Source: Patescibacteria group bacterium (lineage in GTDB: Bacteria; Patescibacteriota; Patescibacteriia; UBA1558; GWA2-36-10). Taken from it: a DNA stretch of 56,817 bases. Position 1 is the stretch's first letter, and each line of letters starts with the position of its first letter. The DNA lies in assembly GCA_041650755.1 (NCBI GenBank), contig JBAZKN010000002.1, positions 135,030 to 191,846 on the forward strand, written 5' to 3'. Below the pieces are notes generated by a model, which saw only the letters and a list, made by a program, of their open reading frames with translations, was not told the origin of the DNA and did no database searches. Position numbers and translations under genes: made by a program. Positions 49,213 to 56,817 of this stretch are shown here, in pieces.

Positions 49213-49247
49213 AAAAACCGCCCAGCACCACGCGGGGTGCTGGGCGG
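49213..49247 (-). terminator. Intrinsic terminator of the GC-rich gene
   Basis: 12-bp arms CCGCCCAGCACC / GGTGCTGGGCGG, followed by TTTTT on the minus strand. Confidence 0.85.
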
Positions 49248-49269
49248 CCATGTTGGAGTCGAGGAGAGA

Positions 49270-49944
49270 CTAGCCGTGGGGCATGTACTTCACGCCGATC
49301 GAGAACATGTCCCGCGGCTTGACGCACCAACGGGCGTCGCTGGTGTCGCGGTCCCAGTTCAGCCGGAGCTGGAGCTGGGGCGACAGGCTAATCTTGCCGC
49401 AAGCCCCGATCAGGTCTTGCCGCTGCCCCTTCTGGTAGTTGAGGGCTGCGGCGTAGATCATCCAATGGCTGTAGTCGAGCGCGACCTCTTGGTACGAGGT
49501 CATAAACTTCGTGCCCCAGTGGGGGTTGCCGACTTGGCCCGACGACCAGACGACCCAGTGGGTGGACGACAGATGGGACGAGTAGTTCACCTTGGCCATG
49601 GGTCCGCCCCACGGGGTCTGGCAGAACAGGCCGCCGGTGGCGAGGAGCTCGAAAGGCCCAGGCTTGGAAAAGCGCCACATGCCGTAGCCCTGCTCGGCTT
49701 CGAGCACGACGGTGAACTCCTGATCTCCCTTGACCGGCTGCTTGTTCTGGTCGAGAACCACGCGGCCGTTCTGGTCGACCTGCACCTGGCTCGAGACCAG
49801 GGTGACGTCAAGGCCGGAGCTGAGCGGCCCCTTGCCGTACAGCACCCGGATGCTGTCGAACGCGTAGTTGTACGACTGAGCGAAGCAGTTGGTGGTGGAG
49901 ATCACCATCAGGGCGACCAGCAGGCAGACGAGCATTCTCTTCAC
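49270..49944 (-). CDS. GC-rich secreted hypothetical protein with beta-strand-rich mature part
   Basis: AAGGAG SD then GTG at 49944; signal peptide MKRMLVCLLVALMVISTTNCFA; alternating aromatic/hydrophobic strands. Confidence 0.75.
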   Translation of the reverse strand: MKRMLVCLLVALMVISTTNCFAQSYNYAFDSIRVLYGKGPLSSGLDVTLVSSQVQVDQNGRVVLDQNKQPVKGDQEFTVVLEAEQGYGMWRFSKPGPFELLATGGLFCQTPWGGPMAKVNYSSHLSSTHWVVWSSGQVGNPHWGTKFMTSYQEVALDYSHWMIYAAALNYQKGQRQDLIGACGKISLSPQLQLRLNWDRDTSDARWCVKPRDMFSIGVKYMPHG

Positions 49945-50047
49945 GACTTTCTCCTTCGTTGGGGTTGGGAACGAACCGAGTGGTGAGTAGACTTGATACT
50001 TATCAGCCAAAGCCTTTTTCAAGGCCTGTTTCACCAAAATACCCTAT

Positions 50048-50076
50048 AGTATAGCATTACTATAAAAATTTGTCAA
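50048..50076 (-). promoter_or_regulatory. Near-consensus sigma70 promoter of the GC-rich gene
   Basis: TTGACA-17 nt-TATACT with TGn extension. Confidence 0.75.
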
Positions 50077-50080
50077 GTCT

Positions 50081-50109
50081 TTGGCAAAGTGATTTTTATC
50101 TGATAAAAT
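50081..50109 (+). promoter_or_regulatory. Promoter of dcd operon
   Basis: TTGGCA-17 nt-TAAAAT with TGn extension. Confidence 0.6.
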
Positions 50110-50147
50110 TAGGGTAATTATTTTGTAAAAAGTATTAATTTAAAAAT

Positions 50148-50717
50148 ATGATTTTATCAGATCGCGACATTAAGAAATTTTTAAAATCAGGGGAAATAAC
50201 CATAAACCCATTTGATGATAAGTATTTACAACCGTCCTCTATTGATTTACATTTAGACAGATACTTCTTGGTTTTTGATACAAATCAAAATTATGTTATT
50301 GACCCCAAAAAACCTATTGATAATTTAATGAAGGAAGTCTCTATTGATGAAAAAAAACCATTTGTATTACATCCTGGAGAATTCGCGCTAGGCTTGATAT
50401 ATGAAACTACTGGCGTATCAAATAATATGGTTGGTAGATTGGAAGGCAAAAGTTCAATTGGCCGCATGGGTTTATTAATTCATATTACTGCTGGTTTTTT
50501 GGATCCGGGAAACTGCTTAAAAATGACATTGGAGTTACATAATACTGCTAGTATGCCGATTTTGCTTTATTATAAAATGCCTATTGCTCAAATGGCCTTT
50601 GAACAATTATCTTCACCATGTTTGCATCCATATTCCGCGGAGCATGGGAACAAATATGCTGGCGATGTTAAACCAATGGCAAGTCAGATGTGGAAAAATT
50701 TTAAGAAAGAAGAATAA
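50148..50717 (+). CDS. dcd: dCTP deaminase
   Basis: MILSDRDI, LQPSSIDLHL, LHPGEF, EGKSSIGRMGL, TAGFLDPG, TLELHN. Confidence 0.93.
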   Translation: MILSDRDIKKFLKSGEITINPFDDKYLQPSSIDLHLDRYFLVFDTNQNYVIDPKKPIDNLMKEVSIDEKKPFVLHPGEFALGLIYETTGVSNNMVGRLEGKSSIGRMGLLIHITAGFLDPGNCLKMTLELHNTASMPILLYYKMPIAQMAFEQLSSPCLHPYSAEHGNKYAGDVKPMASQMWKNFKKEE

Positions 50718-51260
50718 ATGGACAAAAAGATTTTAGTTTTTACAGGATTGTTGGCTTGTGGTAAAGGCACGGTTGCTAAATATTTGGTAGAAAAGTATCA
50801 AGCTAGGACTTTTAGATTTTCCACCATGCTAAGGGATGTTTTAACTAGGCTGTATTTACCTGATTCTCGCGAAAATATGCAGACATTATCTCGTATTTTG
50901 CGGGAGAATTTTTCTCAGGATATAATGTCAAAGGTTATTGCTAATGATGCAGCAACGACTAACACTGATTTAATAGTGATTGACGGAGCACGTCGTTTGA
51001 CTGACGTTGAGCACTTGCAAAAGTTGCCTGGTTTTACTCTAGTGGCCATAGAGGTTGATGTTAAAATAAGACATCAGCGTTTAGTGGCTCGTAATGAAAA
51101 TCCAGGCGATGCCGATAAAACCTTCGAGCAATTTCTACAAGATGAAAAAGCTGAACCAGAAGTAGAAATCCCTTTTTTAATGAGTAGGGCTAGCATAAAA
51201 ATCGACAACAACGGTATTTTGGAAGATTTATATAAACAATTGGATAATTTGGTAAAATAA
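50718..51260 (+). CDS. P-loop nucleotide kinase (NMP/dNMP kinase-like)
   Basis: GLLACGKGT, IDGARR, RHQRL, IDNNG; lies within the nucleotide operon. Confidence 0.7.
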   Translation: MDKKILVFTGLLACGKGTVAKYLVEKYQARTFRFSTMLRDVLTRLYLPDSRENMQTLSRILRENFSQDIMSKVIANDAATTNTDLIVIDGARRLTDVEHLQKLPGFTLVAIEVDVKIRHQRLVARNENPGDADKTFEQFLQDEKAEPEVEIPFLMSRASIKIDNNGILEDLYKQLDNLVK

Positions 51261-51264
51261 ATTT

Positions 51265-52617
51265 ATGTCTTTAGCTGATTTAAAACATATATCACGGCCA
51301 CTATCTAGCGGTGGCATGGTCATGCTTTTAGATACTGGCGCGGTCATTGGTCCGGAATCAGAAGCCATGATCCAAGCACTGCATTCGCGCTCTACTGGCG
51401 GTGTCAAACATCATTTGGAAATTTTAGCCAAAAAAGGGTCAGAAGATTTTATGGCTAATTTTTATGTGGGCTATGGACACAAGTCAATCGGTGATTGCGG
51501 CAGTCTGACTTTATTTATTGAAGGCGTGTCCATGCTGGCGGCTAAAGCTATTCAGGACTGGGCCTTGTATAGCGGCCAGGAATCTTCCACTCGCTATGTG
51601 GATTTTTCCCAGCAGCTTTTTATTGATCCGGTTGGCACGGAAGCTTCCAAAGCCATATTAGAAAACTGGCGGCAGTTTTATCTGAATTCTAGAGCCCAAG
51701 TAGAAGAGCATTTGAAAAAGCAGTTTCCCATTCAGGCTGGCGAGGAAGAAAAGATTTATAATAAAGCTATCAGTGCTCGCGGTTTTGATATTTTGCGCGG
51801 TTTTTTGCCAGCCGGCGCATCTACCAATCTAGCTTGGCACAGCAATATGCGCCAAGTTGCCGATAAGCTAATGCTTTTGCGGCATCATCCTTTGGCCGAG
51901 GTGAGGGAAGTAGCTCAAAAGCTGCAGGAAGTATGCCAGGAAAAATATCCCAGCTCTTTTACTTGGGAGATTTTTGACACCACGGAAAATTATAATCAGC
52001 AGTGGCTTACGCAAAATTATTATTTTACTCACGAGACATTCAAAGAAACCAAATTATTGCACGATGGCATTGATAAAGATATTTTGAAGCAATATAAAAA
52101 TATTTTGGAGAATCGGCCTATGAAAACCGAGTTGCCGAAACTTTTAGCTCAAGCCGGCACTTTGCAATTTGGTTTTATGTTGGATTTTGGCTCGTTTCGC
52201 GATATTCAACGTCATCGAGCTGTTGTGCAGCGTATGCCTCTTTTGACCACTGAACACGGTTTTGCCCAATTTTATTTTGACTCTTTGCCTGAAGCAGTCT
52301 GCAGACAAGCCAAAGAACTAGTTGCTTCCCAGGAGCAAAAAATCAAGAGTCTAAATATTGATCCAAAAGTAGCTCAGTATTATACGGCCATGGGCTATGA
52401 TTTGCCCAATATGGTCAGCGGTGATTTGCCAGCTTTGGTTTATTTGATTGAGCTCCGGTCTACCAGATTTGTGCATCCAACTCTGCAAAGGCGGGCTATT
52501 GAAATGGCTCATATTTTGGCGAAAGAATTTGGCGCTTATGGCTTAAAACTGCATTTAGACCAAGAGCCGGGCCGTTTTGATATCAAGCGCGGCGAGCACG
52601 ATATTGTGATGAAATAA
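51265..52617 (+). CDS. thyX: Long FAD-dependent thymidylate synthase (ThyX/Thy1-like, two-domain)
   Basis: YGHKSIGDC, GQESSTRY, RGFLPAG, FRDIQRHR, LIELRS. Confidence 0.8.
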   Translation: MSLADLKHISRPLSSGGMVMLLDTGAVIGPESEAMIQALHSRSTGGVKHHLEILAKKGSEDFMANFYVGYGHKSIGDCGSLTLFIEGVSMLAAKAIQDWALYSGQESSTRYVDFSQQLFIDPVGTEASKAILENWRQFYLNSRAQVEEHLKKQFPIQAGEEEKIYNKAISARGFDILRGFLPAGASTNLAWHSNMRQVADKLMLLRHHPLAEVREVAQKLQEVCQEKYPSSFTWEIFDTTENYNQQWLTQNYYFTHETFKETKLLHDGIDKDILKQYKNILENRPMKTELPKLLAQAGTLQFGFMLDFGSFRDIQRHRAVVQRMPLLTTEHGFAQFYFDSLPEAVCRQAKELVASQEQKIKSLNIDPKVAQYYTAMGYDLPNMVSGDLPALVYLIELRSTRFVHPTLQRRAIEMAHILAKEFGAYGLKLHLDQEPGRFDIKRGEHDIVMK

Positions 52618-52620
52618 AGT

Positions 52621-53166
52621 ATGAAAATCCCATTAGAGCAAATAGTTAAAAAGGAGTGTCAAAGAGAAACCAATATCTATGGTATGAATGCTTATGAGCA
52701 TATTAAAAGTGTAGTAAAATATGCGGAAATGTTGGCACAAAAAAGGAAAGCTGATGAAGAGATAGTAAAGATTTCAGCGTGGCTTCATGACATGGGGAGT
52801 ATTTTAGGTGATACAGAAAATCATCATGTTAGTAGTGGAATATACGCAGAAGAATTATTAAAAAAATATAATTACCCTCAAGATAAAATTGATGCCATTA
52901 AGCATTGTATTTTTGCTCATAGGGGTAGTCAGAATATAAAGAGGGAAACAATAGAAGCAGAATGTTTGGCTGATGCTGATTCTATGTCCCATTTTGACAG
53001 TGTAGTCGGCTTATTTCGATTAGCTCTTATAACTAAAAAAATGACCGAAGCCGAGGCTAAAGAATTTGTCTACAATAAATTAATGAGGTCATGGAATAAA
53101 TTAACTTCAGAAGCCAAAGATATAATAAAAGATAAATATTTAGCTGTTGAAACCTTGTTAAAATAA
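52621..53166 (+). CDS. HD-domain phosphohydrolase
   Basis: EHI..V, AWLHDMG, HHVSSG, CIFAHR, LADAD. Confidence 0.88.
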   Translation: MKIPLEQIVKKECQRETNIYGMNAYEHIKSVVKYAEMLAQKRKADEEIVKISAWLHDMGSILGDTENHHVSSGIYAEELLKKYNYPQDKIDAIKHCIFAHRGSQNIKRETIEAECLADADSMSHFDSVVGLFRLALITKKMTEAEAKEFVYNKLMRSWNKLTSEAKDIIKDKYLAVETLLK

Positions 53167-53168
53167 TT

Positions 53169-53591
53169 ATGAAAATAAAAGCTAAAAAACTATATCCCGA
53201 TGCAATTTTGCCCCAAGCCATGCGCCACGGAGACGCCGCTTTGGATTTGTATAGTTATCGTGATTATACATTGAAACCAGGAGAGCGAGTGGTGGTTGAT
53301 ACCGGGGTGGCATTTGCCATACCCAATGGCTACTGGGGCAATGTCCGTGATCGAGGCGGTCTGCCGGCTAAGCATGGTATTCATACTATGGGGGGCGTGC
53401 TTGATTCCAATTATCGTGGCGACTTAGGCGTTATTGTTATTAACTTAGGAAAAGAAGTTTATCAAATAAAAAAAGGCGATCGCATTGCCCAGATGATTGT
53501 TGAAAAGCATGAAGACATTGAGATAGAAGAGGTCAGCGAGCTTGATGAAACAAATCGGGGAGAAAATAGATTTGCTTCAAGCGGATATTAA
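53169..53591 (+). CDS. dut: dUTP diphosphatase
   Basis: AALDL, RDRGG (RSG-like), GVLDSNYRG, GDRIAQ, RGENRFASSG. Confidence 0.93.
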   Translation: MKIKAKKLYPDAILPQAMRHGDAALDLYSYRDYTLKPGERVVVDTGVAFAIPNGYWGNVRDRGGLPAKHGIHTMGGVLDSNYRGDLGVIVINLGKEVYQIKKGDRIAQMIVEKHEDIEIEEVSELDETNRGENRFASSGY

Positions 53592-53619
53592 TTAAGTATA
53601 AATTTAATAAAGAAAAGCG

Positions 53620-53937
53620 ATGGATAAACAATATTTTGTTTATATTTTGGCAAATTATAAAAATGGGACTTTGTATGTTGGTGTAACCAATGATTTGTAT
53701 CGACGTGTAACTGAACACAAACAAGGTAGGGTAAAGGGATTTACACAAAGATATAAAGTTTATAAATTAGTTTATTACGAAGTCATCGATAATGTCTATA
53801 ATGCAATTACTAGAGAAAAACAAATAAAGAAATGGTATAGAAAATGGAAAATAGAATTAATTGAGAAGTATAATAAAAAGTGGGAAGATTTATATTATAA
53901 TTTATTTGATGGATCTCCGGGTCAAGCCCGAAGATGA
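53620..53937 (+). CDS. Small GIY-YIG nuclease family protein
   Basis: YFVYIL, GTLYVGVTNDLYRRV.EH, KLVYYE, AITREKQIKKW.RKWK.ELI. Confidence 0.92.
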   Translation: MDKQYFVYILANYKNGTLYVGVTNDLYRRVTEHKQGRVKGFTQRYKVYKLVYYEVIDNVYNAITREKQIKKWYRKWKIELIEKYNKKWEDLYYNLFDGSPGQARR

Positions 53938-53994
53938 CAAACATTAGCGGTGTTTTTATTGCTCTGCTAGTCATTCCCACGAAAGCGGGAATCC
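53911..53994. repeat. Inverted pair of GTCAT-tagged palindromes at the GIY-YIG 3' end
   Basis: Minus: GTCATCTTCGGGCTTGACCCGGAGATCC (53911-53938); plus: GTCATTCCCACGAAAGCGGGAATCC (53970-53994, ATTCCC-N8-GGGAAT core). Confidence 0.9.
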
Positions 53995-54017
53995 ATACCA
54001 CACATTAAGATATGTCC

Positions 54018-54445
54018 GGAAAATTTATCGTCTTTGCCGCTCAACTTAGTTCGGGCATGCCCACCATGAGTCGATCGGGACGAGTTATAATAAAAATATA
54101 TGGAGATAAAAAAAGTACAGAAAAAAGTTCATAAAATTTTTTTTGATGATCTAAAAAGCCACAAAATTAAAGCCGGTGACGATTATTTGATTTTAAAAAT
54201 TACCGAAGAGTTGGGCGAATTTGTCCAATCCTATTTGATTCACAAAAAAAGATGCCGACAAGAGAAGTGCTTGTCTATTCAGAAATCCAAACAATCGATA
54301 GCTAGAGAATTGGCCGATGTTTTATGTTTGGTTTTGGTGATTGCCAAAGAACTGGAGATTGATTTAGATGAAGCAGTTTTTAAAAAATGGATTAGCAAAG
54401 AATGGGTAAAATATAAATAATGAACAAAGGAAAATTTATCGTCTT
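54018..54445. mobile_element. mazG cassette bounded by a 17-bp direct repeat duplicating the tmk 5' end
   Basis: GGAAAATTTATCGTCTT at 54018-54034 and 54429-54445; the upstream copy is preceded by ATGTCC (MSGKFIVF remnant). Confidence 0.7.
54100..54420 (+). CDS. MazG-like nucleotide pyrophosphohydrolase
   Basis: KITEELGE...ELADVL...IDLDEA..KK. Confidence 0.85.
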   Translation: MEIKKVQKKVHKIFFDDLKSHKIKAGDDYLILKITEELGEFVQSYLIHKKRCRQEKCLSIQKSKQSIARELADVLCLVLVIAKELEIDLDEAVFKKWISKEWVKYK

Positions 54446-55037
54446 CGAAGGCGGAGAAAAATCAGGCAAAAGCACACAGCTAGAATTGCTGAAAAAATAT
54501 TTGGAAAGTAAAGGCCACCAAGTTGTTTTGACGCGCGAGCCGGGTAGCAAATTGTCTAATATTACCCAAAGCATTCGCGAAATAATTTTAAACAATAAAA
54601 ATACCAACCTGACGGCTCGCGCGGAGCTCCTGCTTTTTTTAGCTGATCGTTCGCAACATGTGTCAGAAATAGTAAAACCCGCCCTAGAACAGGGGAAGAT
54701 TGTACTTTGTGATCGTTTTGACGGCTCCAGTTTTGCTTATCAGGGTGCGGCTCGCCATTTGGATTTAGAGGAGCTAAAACCAATAAATAATTGGGCAAAA
54801 TTCGGCTTAACGCCTGATTTGGTGGTATACTTAGATATAAGCCCAGAGGAGGCGACCAAGCGCAGTCGTGATGAAAAACATGATCGTTTGGATGCTGAAA
54901 ATCAGGCCTTTCATGAGGCAGTACGGGCTGGCTATTTAGAGCAAGCCAAGCAGCCAAATTGGTTTACTGTTTCAGCGGTTGGAGATATCCAAGAAATCGC
55001 TAAAAAAATTCAGCAAGCAGTTGATAAAATTTTATGA
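54420..55037 (+). CDS. tmk: Thymidylate kinase
   Basis: FIVFEGGEKSGKSTQ, TREPG, LFLADR, DRFDGSSFAYQG, PDLVVYLD. Confidence 0.96.
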   Translation: MNKGKFIVFEGGEKSGKSTQLELLKKYLESKGHQVVLTREPGSKLSNITQSIREIILNNKNTNLTARAELLLFLADRSQHVSEIVKPALEQGKIVLCDRFDGSSFAYQGAARHLDLEELKPINNWAKFGLTPDLVVYLDISPEEATKRSRDEKHDRLDAENQAFHEAVRAGYLEQAKQPNWFTVSAVGDIQEIAKKIQQAVDKIL

Positions 55038-55039
55038 GT

Positions 55040-55142
55040 CCTGTTAGAAATTAATTGGAGATTGTAAGATGGGTGAGTATAATTCTATAAAAAAATAACT
55101 TTACTTTAATATAAAATTTTTAATAAATAAATTTCTAACGGG
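55040..55142. mobile_element. 103-bp MITE-like insertion with 13-bp TIRs and ATGAGT target duplication
   Basis: CCTGTTAGAAATT / AATTTCTAACGGG (12/13); ATGAGT at 55034-55039 and 55143-55148. Confidence 0.75.
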
Positions 55143-56648
55143 ATGAGTAAATACGAAACAATAATTGGTTTGGAAATACACATTCAGCTCAAAACCAAGA
55201 GCAAGATGTTTTGCGCGTGCCCAAACCAAGATGGGCAAAAGCCAAACACTAATGTTTGCCCGATTTGTCTGGGGCATCCCGGTACTTTGCCGACAATAAA
55301 TCAGGCTGCCGTGGAGCAGGGCTTGCTTTTGGCCTTGGCCTTGGCTTGCAAAATAAATAAAAAATCGAAGTTTGACCGCAAAAACTATTTTTATCCGGAT
55401 TTGCCCAAAGGTTATCAGATCTCGCAATTTGATGAGCCGCTGGCAGTCAAGGGCAAATTTTTTATTGATATGGATAAAAAAAGAAAGCGGATCGGCATTA
55501 CCCGTTTGCATTTAGAAGAAGATGCGGCCAAAAATATTCATACGGCTGACAAGACTTTGGTGGATTTCAACCGTGGCGGCGCGCCTCTTGCCGAAATAGT
55601 CACTGAACCGGATTTTCGTAATCCCCAAGAAGCCAAAGAATTTTTGAGCCAATTGCGCTTGCTGGCCCGCTATCTCAATGTGTCGGATGCGGATATGGAA
55701 AAAGGACATTTACGCTGTGATGCCAATATTTCTCTGCGCCCCAAGGGAGATAATAAATATTATCCCAAAATAGAGATCAAAAATTTGAATTCTTTTCGTT
55801 CGGTTGAGCGAGCTTTGCAGTATGAGATTGAGCGGCAGAATGCTTTGTGGGATAAAAAGCAGGCACCCAAAATTACCGAAACTCGCGGCTGGGATGAAAA
55901 TAAACAAATGACTGTTTTGCAGCGCACCAAAGAGGGCTCGTCAGACTATCGCTATTTTCCGGAGCCAGATTTGCCCCCGTTGATCATAGATCAGAAAATG
56001 TTGGACAGAATAGCCGTTCTTTTGCCGGAATTACCGCTAGCTAAACAAGATAGATTTGTCAAAGAATATGCTTTGCGCCCAGCTGATGCCAAAGTGCTGA
56101 TTAACCAAAAAGACTGGGCAGCCTACTTTGAAGAGGTAATGTCGGATTTACGGGCTTGGGTTTGCGATTGGAAAAATATAGCCATAGAGTCAGCGGCTGG
56201 TGAAAAACTTTGGGCTGAACACAAGCAGGAACTAGCTCGCCTGACTTGGGCTTGGATTACCAGTGAGTTGTTTAAGCTTATTCCCCATGATTTTACTGTT
56301 AAGGATTTAAGAATTACCGCTGAAAATATGGCGGAGTTTATCAACTTGATCTATCTTAAAAAAATAAATAGTACGGCCGGCCAGCAGGTTTTAGCGGCCA
56401 TGTTTAGTGGCAGTGATGATGATCCTTCTCATATTGCTGATAAGATGAATCTGACACAGATTGATGATGACACAACGCTGGAGGGCTTGGTAATGAAAGT
56501 AATTTTATTATATCCCCAGCAAGTTGAGCAGTATAAAAAAGGCAAAGTTGCCTTACTGCAATTTTTCTTGGGTCAAGTGATGAAAGAGAGTAAGGGTAAG
56601 GCCAACCCCAGTTTAGTGGAAAAAATGCTTAAAGAAAAACTAACTTAG
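55143..56648 (+). CDS. gatB: Asp/Glu-tRNA amidotransferase subunit B
   Basis: IGLEIHIQL, FDRKNYFYPDLPKGYQISQ, HLEEDA, RCDANIS, EIKNLNS, YRYFPEPDL, KGKANP. Confidence 0.97.
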   Translation: MSKYETIIGLEIHIQLKTKSKMFCACPNQDGQKPNTNVCPICLGHPGTLPTINQAAVEQGLLLALALACKINKKSKFDRKNYFYPDLPKGYQISQFDEPLAVKGKFFIDMDKKRKRIGITRLHLEEDAAKNIHTADKTLVDFNRGGAPLAEIVTEPDFRNPQEAKEFLSQLRLLARYLNVSDADMEKGHLRCDANISLRPKGDNKYYPKIEIKNLNSFRSVERALQYEIERQNALWDKKQAPKITETRGWDENKQMTVLQRTKEGSSDYRYFPEPDLPPLIIDQKMLDRIAVLLPELPLAKQDRFVKEYALRPADAKVLINQKDWAAYFEEVMSDLRAWVCDWKNIAIESAAGEKLWAEHKQELARLTWAWITSELFKLIPHDFTVKDLRITAENMAEFINLIYLKKINSTAGQQVLAAMFSGSDDDPSHIADKMNLTQIDDDTTLEGLVMKVILLYPQQVEQYKKGKVALLQFFLGQVMKESKGKANPSLVEKMLKEKLT

Positions 56649-56690
56649 GATTTAAAAATAAATTTACTTATAATTAATAAAAAATAACTT

Positions 56691-56817
56691 ATGTTTAAAT
56701 ATAAAAGATTTTTTCTATTATTCCTAATTAGTTTTGGTCTAGCATCTGCCTTCTTCTATTTCACCACCAAGACTAATGCAGCCACCTCTCTTGTCTCTCG
56801 CCTTTCAGGCTATATCC
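56691..56817 (+). CDS. Secreted protein, N-terminal fragment (runs off window)
   Basis: MFKYKRFFLLFLISFGLASAFFYFTTKTNAATSLVSRLSGYI, signal peptide-like. Confidence 0.65.
   Translation, partial: MFKYKRFFLLFLISFGLASAFFYFTTKTNAATSLVSRLSGYI

Noticed and set aside
49247-49262. GGCCATG...GAGTCGA at the left edge of the GC-rich gene, resembling trailer ends
   Set aside because: Only two short 7-nt matches in GC-rich sequence, which is not distinguishable from chance
49237-49986. 249-aa plus-strand ORF over the GC-rich gene
   Set aside because: Antisense shadow caused by GC codon bias; the promoter, SD, signal peptide and terminator all support the minus strand
52605-53176. HD gene as a cassette duplicating the dut start (both begin ATGAAAAT after AAATAA)
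   Set aside because: The match is short and entirely AT-rich, so it is plausible by chance; kept only as a weak parallel to the mazG case
54035-54100. Possible integron attC site at the mazG cassette
   Set aside because: No RYYYAAC...GTTRRRY pair with proper inner boxes and spacing at the cassette end, and no integron integrase in the window

Overview
This window looks like a Patescibacteria (CPR, Parcubacteria-like) chromosome segment. That assignment is inference from AT-rich, mostly SD-less genes, TGnTATAAT promoters and the style of the type IV pilus locus; the genetic code is standard. Contents in order: recG (partial), a membrane protein, an unusual SAM methyltransferase, tRNA-Arg(CCG), argS, a complete Liv-type ABC operon, a tRNA cluster (Ser-Arg-Ser), comF-clpC-htpX-lemA, an ~18 kb type IV pilus/adhesin locus, ligA, gatCA, dsbA-like, lgt, tRNA-Asp, infC-rpmI-rplT, smpB-tmRNA, mfd, a foreign GC-rich secreted-protein gene, a dTTP-pathway operon (dcd, kinase, thyX-like, HD, dut, GIY-YIG, mazG-like, tmk) and gatB. 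The most striking unexplained structure is a family of modular palindromic elements. They sit on the CCA ends of four tRNAs and tmRNA and fold back onto them, and they recur next to a small GIY-YIG nuclease gene and at the edge of a mazG cassette bounded by a 17-bp direct repeat that duplicates the tmk start. tRNA-Asp is separately wrapped in nested inverted repeats. Other highlights are a 103-bp MITE with an ATGAGT target duplication at the tmk/gatB junction, a PilT homolog with all catalytic motifs degenerate, and a CxxS DsbA. No CRISPR array, rRNA, integrase or transposase was seen. All alignments were done by eye and no database search was run.
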